Origin: an uncultured bacterium
GTDB taxonomy: Bacteria > Chlamydiota > Chlamydiia > Chlamydiales > SM23-39
DNA: 27,395 bases
NCBI GenBank assembly: GCA_964355615.1
Contig: CAYHED010000001.1
Location: forward strand, 1 to 27,395
Direction: 5' to 3'
Each line of letters starts with the position of its first letter. The first letter of the stretch is position 1. The translations under genes and the position numbers were made by a program. Shown one piece after another: positions 1-8,693 of the stretch. The notes under the pieces are model-generated. The model was not told the DNA's origin. It was given only the letters and a program-made list of their open reading frames with translations, and did no database searches.

Positions 1-223
1 GGAGAACTCCTAAAGCCTGGACGCACTCTTCTTCATTGAGGGGAGGTTTTTTCCCCTGAGCTGCATCTTTGATCCCTTGGATCACGGCGTCGAGGTCTAC
101 ACCTACGCCAATGGATTGGAGGTTTTTACCAATGAGGTGTCCCATCGCCTCAGAGACTTTTGCCACATCGGGCTCTTCTGCAAAACAGGCGACTGCGCTT
201 AAGATACAAAGGTATTTAAACAT
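1..223 (-). CDS. mip: Mip / FKBP-type peptidyl-prolyl isomerase, N-terminal part, runs off the left edge of the window
   Basis: Absent from the ORF track. Hand translation from the ATG at 223 gives MFKYLCILSAVACFAEEPDVAKVSEAMGHLIGKNLQSIGVGVDLDAVIQGIKDAAQGKKPPLNEEECVQALGVL with no stop: a signal peptide plus an FKBP N-terminal dimerisation-type segment. The start overlaps the hisS stop, and mip neighbours aspS/hisS in Chlamydia. Confidence 0.8.
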   Translation of the reverse strand, partial: MFKYLCILSAVACFAEEPDVAKVSEAMGHLIGKNLQSIGVGVDLDAVIQGIKDAAQGKKPPLNEEECVQALGVL

Positions 224-1499
224 AGAGATCCTTCAGTGTGAAAACCAGTTGATCGAAGGGCACCTCTTTTTGCTCTCTCGTCTGGAGGTTTTTGAGCTGA
301 CCCTTTTGTTGGGAGAGCTCTTCGGTGCCGAGGATGACGCAGTAGGTAGCGCCGATTTTCGTCGCATTTTGGAGGGCTGTTTGCATTTTCTTCGCTTGGA
401 GTTCGATGTCGCAGGGAATTTTTGCATGCCGACAAGCGGTGGCGAGCAAAAAGCACTGCTCTCTCGCTTCGTCTCCGAGGGGGACGAAATAGACAAAGGG
501 AGTGATCGCTGGTGTCCAGGGGAGCCCTTGTGCGAGGAGTACGTGAATCACTCGCTCCAACCCAGTGGCCCACCCCGCAGCGGGAAGGTCGGGGCCTCCG
601 AAAGTGGAAATGAGTCCATCAAAACGGCCCCCTCCGCCAATGGTGTTTTGAGCGCCGAGGTGGCCCCCAACCACCTCAAAGACCGTCTTGTTGTAGTAGT
701 CCAAGCCTCTAACAAGCCGGTCATCGACCACGTAAGGGATCCCGATCTTTTCGAGCAGCGCGCGCACCTGGTCAAAGTGCTCTTTCGCTTCAGGAGTCAA
801 ATAGTCCAAAATGGAGGGAGCCCCTTTCAGAAGCTGTTTGTCTTTGGGGTCTTTTGAGTCGAGGATCCTCAGCGGATTTTTCTCAAAACGGACCTGACTA
901 TCGGCCGACAGCTCCGCAAACTGGGGACGTAAAAAGTCCATCAGCGCCGTTCGAAAAGCCAAACGGGAAGCGGGATCGCCCACCGTATTGAGGTGCACTG
1001 TCAAATCTCTAATGCCCAGCCGCTGGTAAAAGGTGTAGAGGAGGTCGATCACCTCGGCATCTTGCTCGGGCCCCGCGACGCCAATGGCCTCGATCCCAAA
1101 CTGGTGGTGCTGTCGGTACCGTCCCGACTGAGGGCGCTCATAGCGAAACATTGGCCCGATATAGAAAAACTTATGAGTGGAGCGAGCAGAACCGAGTTTG
1201 TGTTCCAAAAAGGAACGCATCACAGAGGAGGTTCCTTCCGGTCTCAGGCACATCGGCCGGTCTCCTTTGTCGGTGAAAGTGAACATCTCCTTGGTCACGA
1301 TGTCGGAGGTTTCTCCCACCCCGCGGTTAAAGAGCTCAGCCCTTTCGTAGATGGGCGTCCGGATTTCACCGTAGCCGTAATCGACGGCGATCTGGCGGGC
1401 CACGGCTTCGACATACTGCCAAAGCGAAGAGAGGCGCCAGGTTTCGTCCGTGCCGTAGGGCAAGACGTCAAAAGTTCCTTTAGGGGCATTCAAGTCCAT
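216..1499 (-). CDS. hisS: Histidine--tRNA ligase
   Basis: 427 aa with class II HisRS motifs: APKGTFD, LRPEGT, FRYERPQSGRYRQHHQFGIE, RGLDYY, GGGRFDGL, GLER, and a C-terminal anticodon-binding domain. Confidence 0.98.
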   Translation of the reverse strand: MDLNAPKGTFDVLPYGTDETWRLSSLWQYVEAVARQIAVDYGYGEIRTPIYERAELFNRGVGETSDIVTKEMFTFTDKGDRPMCLRPEGTSSVMRSFLEHKLGSARSTHKFFYIGPMFRYERPQSGRYRQHHQFGIEAIGVAGPEQDAEVIDLLYTFYQRLGIRDLTVHLNTVGDPASRLAFRTALMDFLRPQFAELSADSQVRFEKNPLRILDSKDPKDKQLLKGAPSILDYLTPEAKEHFDQVRALLEKIGIPYVVDDRLVRGLDYYNKTVFEVVGGHLGAQNTIGGGGRFDGLISTFGGPDLPAAGWATGLERVIHVLLAQGLPWTPAITPFVYFVPLGDEAREQCFLLATACRHAKIPCDIELQAKKMQTALQNATKIGATYCVILGTEELSQQKGQLKNLQTREQKEVPFDQLVFTLKDLYV

Positions 1500-1511
1500 A
1501 TAACCAAAGGA

Positions 1512-2075
1512 CTATACCAAAAGGGGGAGCAGAGAGTCAATCTGGAGTATCCAGTGATAGAGGGTACTGTTGATGGGATTGTGGGTGTGCTCGAAGTGCA
1601 GTTTCGACACTAGCTCCATGAAGGGGAAGGGGAGCCACTTTTCTCCCACATACTCGCTCAAGTAGTAGCCGAGGGTATGTTGCTGCCCCTCCGGATAGGA
1701 TTGGATCTTCCCTAAAAAAGGGCTCAAGGCAGGGGCATTCTGTTGATCGTCGAGCAGTTTGCGCCAGATATCGGCCATCCGGTGCAGAAACAGGGTGTCT
1801 TGGCTCTTATTTTCCTTCTTAAGGGTCTCCAACTCACCCCTCAGCAGCAACAGGTGAATGCGGCTGCTTGAGGGGATTTTTCTCTGCAACGGGATCTCGA
1901 ACAGCTGAAATAATTTCCGCAAGAGAAACAAAACGTAGAGCAAAAGGCTGGGCTTTTGCTTGTCGGGGTCTTCGGGCCCTCCCCCAAAAGACCCTCTCCG
2001 GTCTTGCTGGAGTTCTTCGACCCGGTATCGGTCATAGGGGTCTCTCGGGCCAACAGGGGGGGTGTACGATTCCAT
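1512..2075 (-). CDS. Hypothetical protein, probably conserved in environmental chlamydiae
   Basis: 187-aa ORF with host-like composition, co-oriented with hisS and ending 12 nt before its start. No domain recognised. Confidence 0.7.
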   Translation of the reverse strand: MESYTPPVGPRDPYDRYRVEELQQDRRGSFGGGPEDPDKQKPSLLLYVLFLLRKLFQLFEIPLQRKIPSSSRIHLLLLRGELETLKKENKSQDTLFLHRMADIWRKLLDDQQNAPALSPFLGKIQSYPEGQQHTLGYYLSEYVGEKWLPFPFMELVSKLHFEHTHNPINSTLYHWILQIDSLLPLLV

Positions 2076-2143
2076 AACCGCATCTTAAGAGACAGCGCAT
2101 TTTTTATTTATCTTTTTTCTATTTTACAGGCATAAGAAGATCA

Positions 2144-4267
2144 ATGGAAGTAGTTTGCTCAAAACAACAGAACCTCATCCAAAAAATAAAATCCTGGCTG
2201 GTGAAATTGTCCATACGATTTGGCAGCCAAGACGCATCTATTCAGCGGCTACTTGGAAATGTCTATCTATTTGATAAATTGACCAGTGAACAAAAAATAT
2301 TAGTCACCAAATCTATTCAACCGATTTATTACGAAAGTGGCGAGGTCATTTTTAAACAAAATGCGGAAGGGGATAACTTTTATCTCATTAAAAGTGGGGT
2401 CGTTAGTATATGTTTTTTCCCTCCGGAAGGAAACGCCGAAATTGTTCTCGCCCGCCTTGAAGCTGGAGATTTTTTTGGAGAACAAGCTCTTTTAGGGAGT
2501 CTCCCAGAAAAAAGAAATGCCAGTGCAAAAACTCTCACTAAAACAACCCTTTACGCCATCTCTCATTCCGTGTACCAAAAAATTTTAAATGCCAATGTTG
2601 CGGAGATATTAAAAAAAATCGGGGAGCGGGAACTTTTAGAGAATCTTGATAAAAATCTAGAGGCCTTTGGCCTTTTAAAAAACGACTTAGGAGAAGTGCT
2701 AAACTATTCAGACGGCCAAGTTATTTTTAAAGCTCGAGAGATTGCTGATCGATCCTATTTTATCCTTTCAGGAGAGGTGGTGATCGAGTTCCCGGGACAA
2801 GATGCTTCGGCACATAGGACAGAGCTAGGCGCGGGAGAATTATTTGGAGAGTTGGGAGTTTTGGAGCAAATTCCACGTGCAGGCACAGCGAGAGCAAGGG
2901 GAAGTCTCCGATTGCTCTCCTTTAAAGGAGATGCATTTCGCAAGCTTTATAAAGAATCTTCCGAGTTACAACGGTTTGTTCGTGAGCTTAAAGACGTTTA
3001 TCCTCTTTTGAATCAAGGAACAGTTAGGTTGTATCACAGTAAGTTTCTTAATTTAAAATCCATTAATGCCAATTATCATTTAGGGGACAATCGCCTTGTT
3101 ACAACATCAAAAGTGATTGGAATGCCCATTTTCGCCATGTCGCATAATGAATTAGGCGCTGCTGAAACTGTACATTTTGCTCGTGGCGCGGATATTCGAC
3201 GAAGATTGATGATTCTCGGGTATAAAATCCTTGGGGTTTCCTGTTTTGGCGAGTGGGATGAGCTAGGTGAAGTTTGTGGCTTGATTTTGCAACAAAAAAA
3301 GATCAGTGACGAACAGATTGAGTCCTTCAAAAAAACGGGCAAGTTAAATCTCTCGAAATTCAAGATTCTTCCTTCGGAACAAAGAAACGAAACCATCTGT
3401 TTCTGTATGAAGGTATCTAAAGGAACCATCTATGATGCGATGTCTCAAGGTGTGAATAATCTAAGTGACATGATAAAGAAAACCGGGGCCGGAAGTGTAT
3501 GCGGCACTTGTCAGCCTAGAATTGTCGAGCTTTTGGGAATGCAAGCTTGGACTGCTGTTCGATTCATTGAAAAAGTACCCCTCACTTCAAATATTTGTTC
3601 TTTTAGGTTCCTCCCAACCGACCTTGCGCAGTATAGATATCAGCCCGGGCAGCATATTGTTATTCAAGCGATGATCAGTGGTCAATTTGTGAGTAGGAGC
3701 TATACACTGACTTCAGTGCCAGATCGAGATCATTTTATCGAAATTACTGTGAAGAGGGAGTCTCAGGGAGCTTTTTCAAATTGGCTTTTTGATCAGGCAA
3801 ATGAAAGTTCGCTGATTCGCATTTCCCAGCCACGAGGAGATTTTGTTTTAACACCAGAGCCAGATGTTCCGATGGTTTGTTTTGTGGGAGGGATTGGAGT
3901 GACTCCTGCTCTGGCATTTGCCAGATATTTGGTAGCCCATTCCAAGGAATCCCGTTTGCATATTGACTATTCTTGTAAAACGGATAAGGATTTCATTCTC
4001 ACGGAGGAATGGAAATCGATGACAGCAGCGCAGAAAAATATTACCATCCAACTGAGAGCCACAGCAGACAATCATCGACTGAGTGAGGATGCTATAGATC
4101 ATGTCTGCGGACAGTTGAAAGGGTGTAAGTTTTATATCTGTGGTCCTAAGGACTTTGAGCAATTTGTTGTTAATTATTTAAAAAAATGTCAGATATCTAC
4201 AGATAGGATCAGGGTAGAAGAGTTTATACACGCCGGAAGTCCGGTCAGCAGAACAATTGAAATTTAA
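2144..4267 (+). CDS. Multidomain reductase: two cNMP-binding domains, NirB/rubredoxin-reductase C-terminal-like segment, BFD-like [2Fe-2S] domain, FNR-type FAD/NAD(P)-binding reductase
   Basis: cNMP cassettes FFGEQALLGSLPEKRNA and LFGELGVLEQIPRAG; BFD signature ICFCMKV...GAGSVCGTCQP; FNR motifs PGQH, RSYTLTS, GAFSNWL, GGIGVTP, FYICGP, EEF. Confidence 0.88.
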   Translation: MEVVCSKQQNLIQKIKSWLVKLSIRFGSQDASIQRLLGNVYLFDKLTSEQKILVTKSIQPIYYESGEVIFKQNAEGDNFYLIKSGVVSICFFPPEGNAEIVLARLEAGDFFGEQALLGSLPEKRNASAKTLTKTTLYAISHSVYQKILNANVAEILKKIGERELLENLDKNLEAFGLLKNDLGEVLNYSDGQVIFKAREIADRSYFILSGEVVIEFPGQDASAHRTELGAGELFGELGVLEQIPRAGTARARGSLRLLSFKGDAFRKLYKESSELQRFVRELKDVYPLLNQGTVRLYHSKFLNLKSINANYHLGDNRLVTTSKVIGMPIFAMSHNELGAAETVHFARGADIRRRLMILGYKILGVSCFGEWDELGEVCGLILQQKKISDEQIESFKKTGKLNLSKFKILPSEQRNETICFCMKVSKGTIYDAMSQGVNNLSDMIKKTGAGSVCGTCQPRIVELLGMQAWTAVRFIEKVPLTSNICSFRFLPTDLAQYRYQPGQHIVIQAMISGQFVSRSYTLTSVPDRDHFIEITVKRESQGAFSNWLFDQANESSLIRISQPRGDFVLTPEPDVPMVCFVGGIGVTPALAFARYLVAHSKESRLHIDYSCKTDKDFILTEEWKSMTAAQKNITIQLRATADNHRLSEDAIDHVCGQLKGCKFYICGPKDFEQFVVNYLKKCQISTDRIRVEEFIHAGSPVSRTIEI

Positions 4268-4272
4268 AAGAT

Positions 4273-5370
4273 ATGGGAAATGGCAAATACGGTTTTTTGA
4301 TTCCGTCTCTTGTTCCGATTTTCATTATAATGGCATTTGTCACAAATCGTCCCGCATTATTTCTGTATATTATTTCGTTTGCTTTTCTGTTTTCTATTGT
4401 TCTTGATTGTCTCGTTCCTCGTGATAAGCTGTATTGTTATGATGAAGTCATTGCAACTCCTGAAAATGATGGGAGGCTATCTTCATGGATTTATCAACTC
4501 CTCTCTGGGAGTTTCCTAATATTACACCTCATTGCTTTGATTTTAGGAATGTATATTGCGAGCTATGAATATCCTTTGAGTCCTTGGATTTTTTATCTAC
4601 TTCCGTTTGGCTTTGAGGGTTCAGTAGTGCTGACAGTATGTCATGAATATTTCCATAAAGAGAGTTTGATTGAAAAAAATATCGCTAGATTTTTTGGGAG
4701 CCTGGAGTTTTGGAGTGTACATGAATATGAACATCTATTCTATCACCATCATCCCGATATTTCTTGTACGCCGGATGATTTATCTCATGCAAGAATCAAT
4801 CAATCTGTTTATTCATATGTTTATCATGCAATTATTCATAACTATGTGTATGCATGGGAGAAGCAAAAAGAGCTTTGTAGTCTGTCGGGAGTGCCATTTT
4901 TCAATATTTTAAAAAACCCTTTGTTAAAATGGTTGTCTGTGTCAGCAATAATTATTGCAATTATTTATGTTTTTTTTGGGTATAATGGCGTTCTGTTTTT
5001 TTTAGCGCAAGCCGCCCTATCAATGTTCATATTTATAGCAAGTGCTTATAATCAGCATTACGGACTCACGCGCCGTTTAAAAGCAGATGGGACGTACGAA
5101 GAATTCACGTTCATGAATGTTTGGGCATTCAACCATTTTATCTCTAGTAAGCAAGCATTCAACGCAACGCACCATGCACATCACCATCTCTTTCAGCTAT
5201 GTCGTTATCCTCACCTAAAAGCTGTTTCAAAAGGGCCTCTTTATCCTTTTGGATTGTCGATGACGTTTCTTCTCTGCCTCATTCCTGGTCTTTGGTATAG
5301 GATAGTGAATCCCCGAGTGAAAGAGATCTATCGATTGCGGGACGAATATGAGAGTAAAGGACAATTATAA
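4273..5370 (+). CDS. AlkB/XylM-family integral-membrane diiron hydroxylase/desaturase
   Basis: Several N-terminal hydrophobic helices. His boxes HEYFHK, EHLFYHH, NQHYGL and HHAHHH line up with AlkB HELxHK, EHxxGHH, NYxEHYG and RHxDHH. The C-terminal YPFG...LIPGLWYRIVNPRV is AlkB-like. Substrate unknown. Confidence 0.85.
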   Translation: MGNGKYGFLIPSLVPIFIIMAFVTNRPALFLYIISFAFLFSIVLDCLVPRDKLYCYDEVIATPENDGRLSSWIYQLLSGSFLILHLIALILGMYIASYEYPLSPWIFYLLPFGFEGSVVLTVCHEYFHKESLIEKNIARFFGSLEFWSVHEYEHLFYHHHPDISCTPDDLSHARINQSVYSYVYHAIIHNYVYAWEKQKELCSLSGVPFFNILKNPLLKWLSVSAIIIAIIYVFFGYNGVLFFLAQAALSMFIFIASAYNQHYGLTRRLKADGTYEEFTFMNVWAFNHFISSKQAFNATHHAHHHLFQLCRYPHLKAVSKGPLYPFGLSMTFLLCLIPGLWYRIVNPRVKEIYRLRDEYESKGQL

Positions 5371-6812
5371 TGTCAGCTAAAGTTGCGGTTATAGGTGCAG
5401 GTTGGTGTGGAATAGGAGTTCTGCGGACTTTATTAGAAAAGGGGCACCAAGTCGATTTATATGAAAAGAATGACGATGTCGGAGGAACGTGGCATCCGAG
5501 TAATTGTTACGCGGACTTACGGCTGCATGACTTAGCAAGACAGGTGGCTTATTTTGATTATTCTTTGCCTGATCACATTGACATTACTGAGCGAATTCCT
5601 TCTGAGGTGATTTTTCTTTACCTGCAGAATTATTGCAAGGCAAAGAAACTATATGAACATATGATTTTTAACTCTCGTGTATTAAAAATAAACTATGATT
5701 CGAAGCGCAATAAAAGCAAGATCTATATCCAGAAGGGGGATGGTCAAGTAATTGAACGAGAGTATGATTACATCGTCTACACAAATGGGTATAGCTGCCG
5801 TAACATTCCTAAACTCTCCGGGGCTGATCAGTTCTCCGGGGAAATTGTTCATTCTTTTGATGTTTCCTCGGCCCAATTGAGCTCCTATGTTCGACAAAAT
5901 AAAAAAATTACAATCCTTGGCGCGAGCAAAACTGCGACTGATTTTGCGCTGTCTTTACACAAATATGGCTATCAATTTTCTTGGCTTTCAAGAGCGCCTT
6001 ATTGGTTTATACGCTTGGACCCACTACGTCAATTCTTGAAGGATAAAAAATCGGGCAGATTCCCAAATCTTTGGTATAAGATGGGGGTGACGCTCAGTTT
6101 TTTTGCAGCTCAAATCATTCCCGTTCCTTCTATAGTGATGTGTTTTTTTAGGTTTTTTAATCTCATTCATACTTATGGAGAGAAACATTTTGATTTTAGA
6201 AAGTTTCATCTTGGGTATATTGATGAAAACCAAATGCGTGATTTAAAAAGACTCTATTCTGAATTTGGTGTTTTAGGAGATATTTCGTTGCTACAAGAGA
6301 AAGGGATCTGTCTGAAAAGCGGTAAGTTCATTGAGAGCGATGTGATTATTTGCTGTACAGGGTCTGGGGCGAAGAATCCGGATGCAGATGTCGAATTTCA
6401 AGTGGATGGACAACGCTTCTGCACTAGCGAGGTCAAGCAGGTTTATAATAGTAAAGTAATTCCCCAGCTGCCAAATTTGATCTTCACTGCGTACCAAAGT
6501 TTTGCTTTAGGGACTATTAATGGGCTGATTCAAGGAAATTGGATAGCAAAATACATAGAACTCCATCCTAGCCAGGACTACTTAGAAAAATACGCTATTA
6601 CTTTTGATCATTCCTTTTTCCTTCATCCTGTGCTTTTTGATTCATCTGACACCTTGTTTCATAAATCACATGCGCTTGCGAGTCCGTATTTTAAAAGCAA
6701 TGAGTTGTCTAAATGGTCCTATTACAAGTGGATTTTGAAGCAGTACTTTGCCGTCCACCCTTCCCTTCCCCTGGACTTTCATTTACCTGACCGCTCGTAT
6801 AAAATGGATTGA
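5370..6812 (+). CDS. Flavin-containing monooxygenase (FMO/BVMO-like)
   Basis: GAGWCG FAD Rossmann motif, DVGGTW, FSGEIVHS (FxGxxxH fingerprint), second dinucleotide motif ILGASKTA, DVIICCTG. Start overlaps the upstream stop (TAATG). Confidence 0.88.
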   Translation: MSAKVAVIGAGWCGIGVLRTLLEKGHQVDLYEKNDDVGGTWHPSNCYADLRLHDLARQVAYFDYSLPDHIDITERIPSEVIFLYLQNYCKAKKLYEHMIFNSRVLKINYDSKRNKSKIYIQKGDGQVIEREYDYIVYTNGYSCRNIPKLSGADQFSGEIVHSFDVSSAQLSSYVRQNKKITILGASKTATDFALSLHKYGYQFSWLSRAPYWFIRLDPLRQFLKDKKSGRFPNLWYKMGVTLSFFAAQIIPVPSIVMCFFRFFNLIHTYGEKHFDFRKFHLGYIDENQMRDLKRLYSEFGVLGDISLLQEKGICLKSGKFIESDVIICCTGSGAKNPDADVEFQVDGQRFCTSEVKQVYNSKVIPQLPNLIFTAYQSFALGTINGLIQGNWIAKYIELHPSQDYLEKYAITFDHSFFLHPVLFDSSDTLFHKSHALASPYFKSNELSKWSYYKWILKQYFAVHPSLPLDFHLPDRSYKMD

Positions 6813-6813
6813 T

Positions 6814-8568
6814 ATGGATATTTCTGTTGAGGCATTGCGCGATTGTTTCTTTTTTTCGGGTCTTAACGACAATGATCTGTTACAAGTTTTTGGCAAATTA
6901 CAAAGAGTGGATTTGTCTGAAAATGAGTATTTATTTAAAGAGCGCGACCAAGGAGACTCATTGTATGTACTCATCAAAGGGAAATTGGCGGCGGCGACAC
7001 AACACAAAAGTGTAGAGAAGGTGATAGGATTTATAAGGCCAGGAGAGGTCGTCGGCGAATTAAATATATTCTCAAATGCGCCCAGAAGCGCGTCGGTAAA
7101 AGCGATCCACCCATCCATCGTTTTGCGCCTGAGTCATGAGGATTTCCAATCGCTATGCTACAAAAATCCGAAAATTTTGTGGGAAGTCTCTCAGTTAATC
7201 GCGAGAAGATCCCAATCCAATATGGAGATTCTTCGTGAGGGGAAAACGAGCCAATCTCAACTGATAGCGATTGTCTCGGTAGGTCAGCAAATGGATATAC
7301 AAAAACTGATGTCCGACTTGGCCGGTAACAGCAATGAAACGATGAATATCAGTTTCATTGATTATAGCAGCCTGAAAGCGGATCGCCATTTAATTCATAG
7401 TGGTCGTACGATTATTTACGGTATGGATTATGCTGAATTACATAAAAACAGCGAGGTCTTACAGCTCTCTGATAAAGTAGTTTTCGCTATCAATGCGGAG
7501 CATGATAACTATGATTCCTTAAAGAAAATATGGGATGAGTGTGTTGAAAGACCCACAGCACATATGGAAAGGGAGTTAATGCTTTTGCAGACTGCAGATA
7601 AACCTTTCTATCTCAACACGCAAAAATACTTCGGGTTAGCAAATTTCTCGAAATGGTATCACGTTGCAGTTCAGTCGCCGAAAACGGTTCAGCGCTTCCT
7701 GAGATTGCTGAGTGGGAATGCTATTGGAGTCGTCATCGGAGGCGGAGGCGCGAGAGGTTGGGCTGCCGCTGGTGCAATCAAAGCTTTGCTCGATCACAAT
7801 ATTGCCATAGATTATATCGGGGGCTCGAGCATAGGTGCTGTAGTGGGCTGTATGTACGCTCTGTCTGAGAATTATGAGCAATTTATGGGGCTTGGAAAGA
7901 CCATGGGCAATCCAGTTAAATTACATGAGTTAACTTGGCCGCTCGTTTCGATTTTTAGCGGAGCAGCCCCGACGGAGTGGACTCAGGGAATTTGTGGAGA
8001 TGTTATGATTTCTGACTTCAGTGTGCCTTACTTTGCCATGTCAACCAATCTATCCACTATGAGTGAACACATTTGGGATAGAGGATTTTTATGGCAGGCG
8101 CTAAGGGCCACTGGCTCAGCCCCCATGCTTGTGCCTCCGCTTACCTATAATAACCAGCTCCATGTAGATGGGGGTGTGCTCAATAATTTTCCTGTAGATG
8201 TGATGCATGCTAAGTTGGAAAACCGAGGGTTCGTTATTGGAATCGATATTACCAGATCCTCTCTGGATGTAAAAGCATACGACTTCCCCCCGACCATTAA
8301 GTTTTGGAAGGCCTTACAAATGAAAATAAAGGGCGATGCCTATATTGATATCGTGGAAACCATGGATCGAACGATGATGGCCACCTCTATGGAAAAAACA
8401 GTCAGGAACGGCAAGAGATGTGATTTGCTCATTAGGCCCAAGTTGGATGAGTTTGGGTTGCTCGATTTCGCTAAGAAAGATGAGATCCTGGAAAGAGGGT
8501 ACAAGGAAGCCGATGAGCAGTTAAGTAAGTTCTTCGGGTTGGGCAAACGGGATGGCCGGTCTGGCTGA
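6814..8568 (+). CDS. cNMP-binding domain fused to patatin-like phospholipase (NTE/RssA-like)
   Basis: Start set at ATG 6814, 1 nt after the FMO stop and in frame with the listed 6748 ORF. cNMP cassette VGELNIFSNAPRSA; patatin motifs GGGGARG, GSSIG (GxSxG) and DGGVLNNFP. Confidence 0.92.
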   Translation: MDISVEALRDCFFFSGLNDNDLLQVFGKLQRVDLSENEYLFKERDQGDSLYVLIKGKLAAATQHKSVEKVIGFIRPGEVVGELNIFSNAPRSASVKAIHPSIVLRLSHEDFQSLCYKNPKILWEVSQLIARRSQSNMEILREGKTSQSQLIAIVSVGQQMDIQKLMSDLAGNSNETMNISFIDYSSLKADRHLIHSGRTIIYGMDYAELHKNSEVLQLSDKVVFAINAEHDNYDSLKKIWDECVERPTAHMERELMLLQTADKPFYLNTQKYFGLANFSKWYHVAVQSPKTVQRFLRLLSGNAIGVVIGGGGARGWAAAGAIKALLDHNIAIDYIGGSSIGAVVGCMYALSENYEQFMGLGKTMGNPVKLHELTWPLVSIFSGAAPTEWTQGICGDVMISDFSVPYFAMSTNLSTMSEHIWDRGFLWQALRATGSAPMLVPPLTYNNQLHVDGGVLNNFPVDVMHAKLENRGFVIGIDITRSSLDVKAYDFPPTIKFWKALQMKIKGDAYIDIVETMDRTMMATSMEKTVRNGKRCDLLIRPKLDEFGLLDFAKKDEILERGYKEADEQLSKFFGLGKRDGRSG

Positions 8569-8571
8569 ACG

Positions 8572-8598
8572 CAAACTCGGCCTTTTCAGCCGAGTTTG
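8572..8598. terminator. Hairpin between convergent genes, candidate bidirectional terminator
   Basis: CAAACTCGGC-cttttca-GCCGAGTTTG, a perfect 10-bp stem 3 nt after the patatin stop. Confidence 0.55.
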
Positions 8599-8627
8599 GG
8601 ATAAGAGAAATGGCGCAAAATGACGCC

Positions 8628-8662
8628 CATTCGGTCAATTTGAGACTCAAATTGACGGAATG
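8628..8662. repeat. 35-bp near-perfect palindrome (REP-like)
   Basis: CATTC-g-GTCAATTTGAG-a-CTCAAATTGAC-g-GAATG: one mismatched pair around a single central base. Confidence 0.7.
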
Positions 8663-8693
8663 AAGAGCAATTTGCTAAAGACAGGTTCCAAGG

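Noticed and set aside
69-1613. Long + strand ORFs 69-857 and 993-1613
   Set aside because: They are antisense shadows of hisS and mip with no recognisable motifs.
6748-6813. N-terminal extension of the patatin ORF from 6748
   Set aside because: It overlaps the FMO gene by 65 nt; ATG 6814 directly after the FMO stop fits translational coupling better.
2144-8568. Operon as a CBASS- or Pycsar-type anti-phage system (patatin effector, cNMP sensors)
   Set aside because: No CD-NTase or class III cyclase is in the window, the patatin is the NTE-like cNMP fusion rather than CapV-like, and the partners are metabolic oxygenases. Not excluded, but unsupported.
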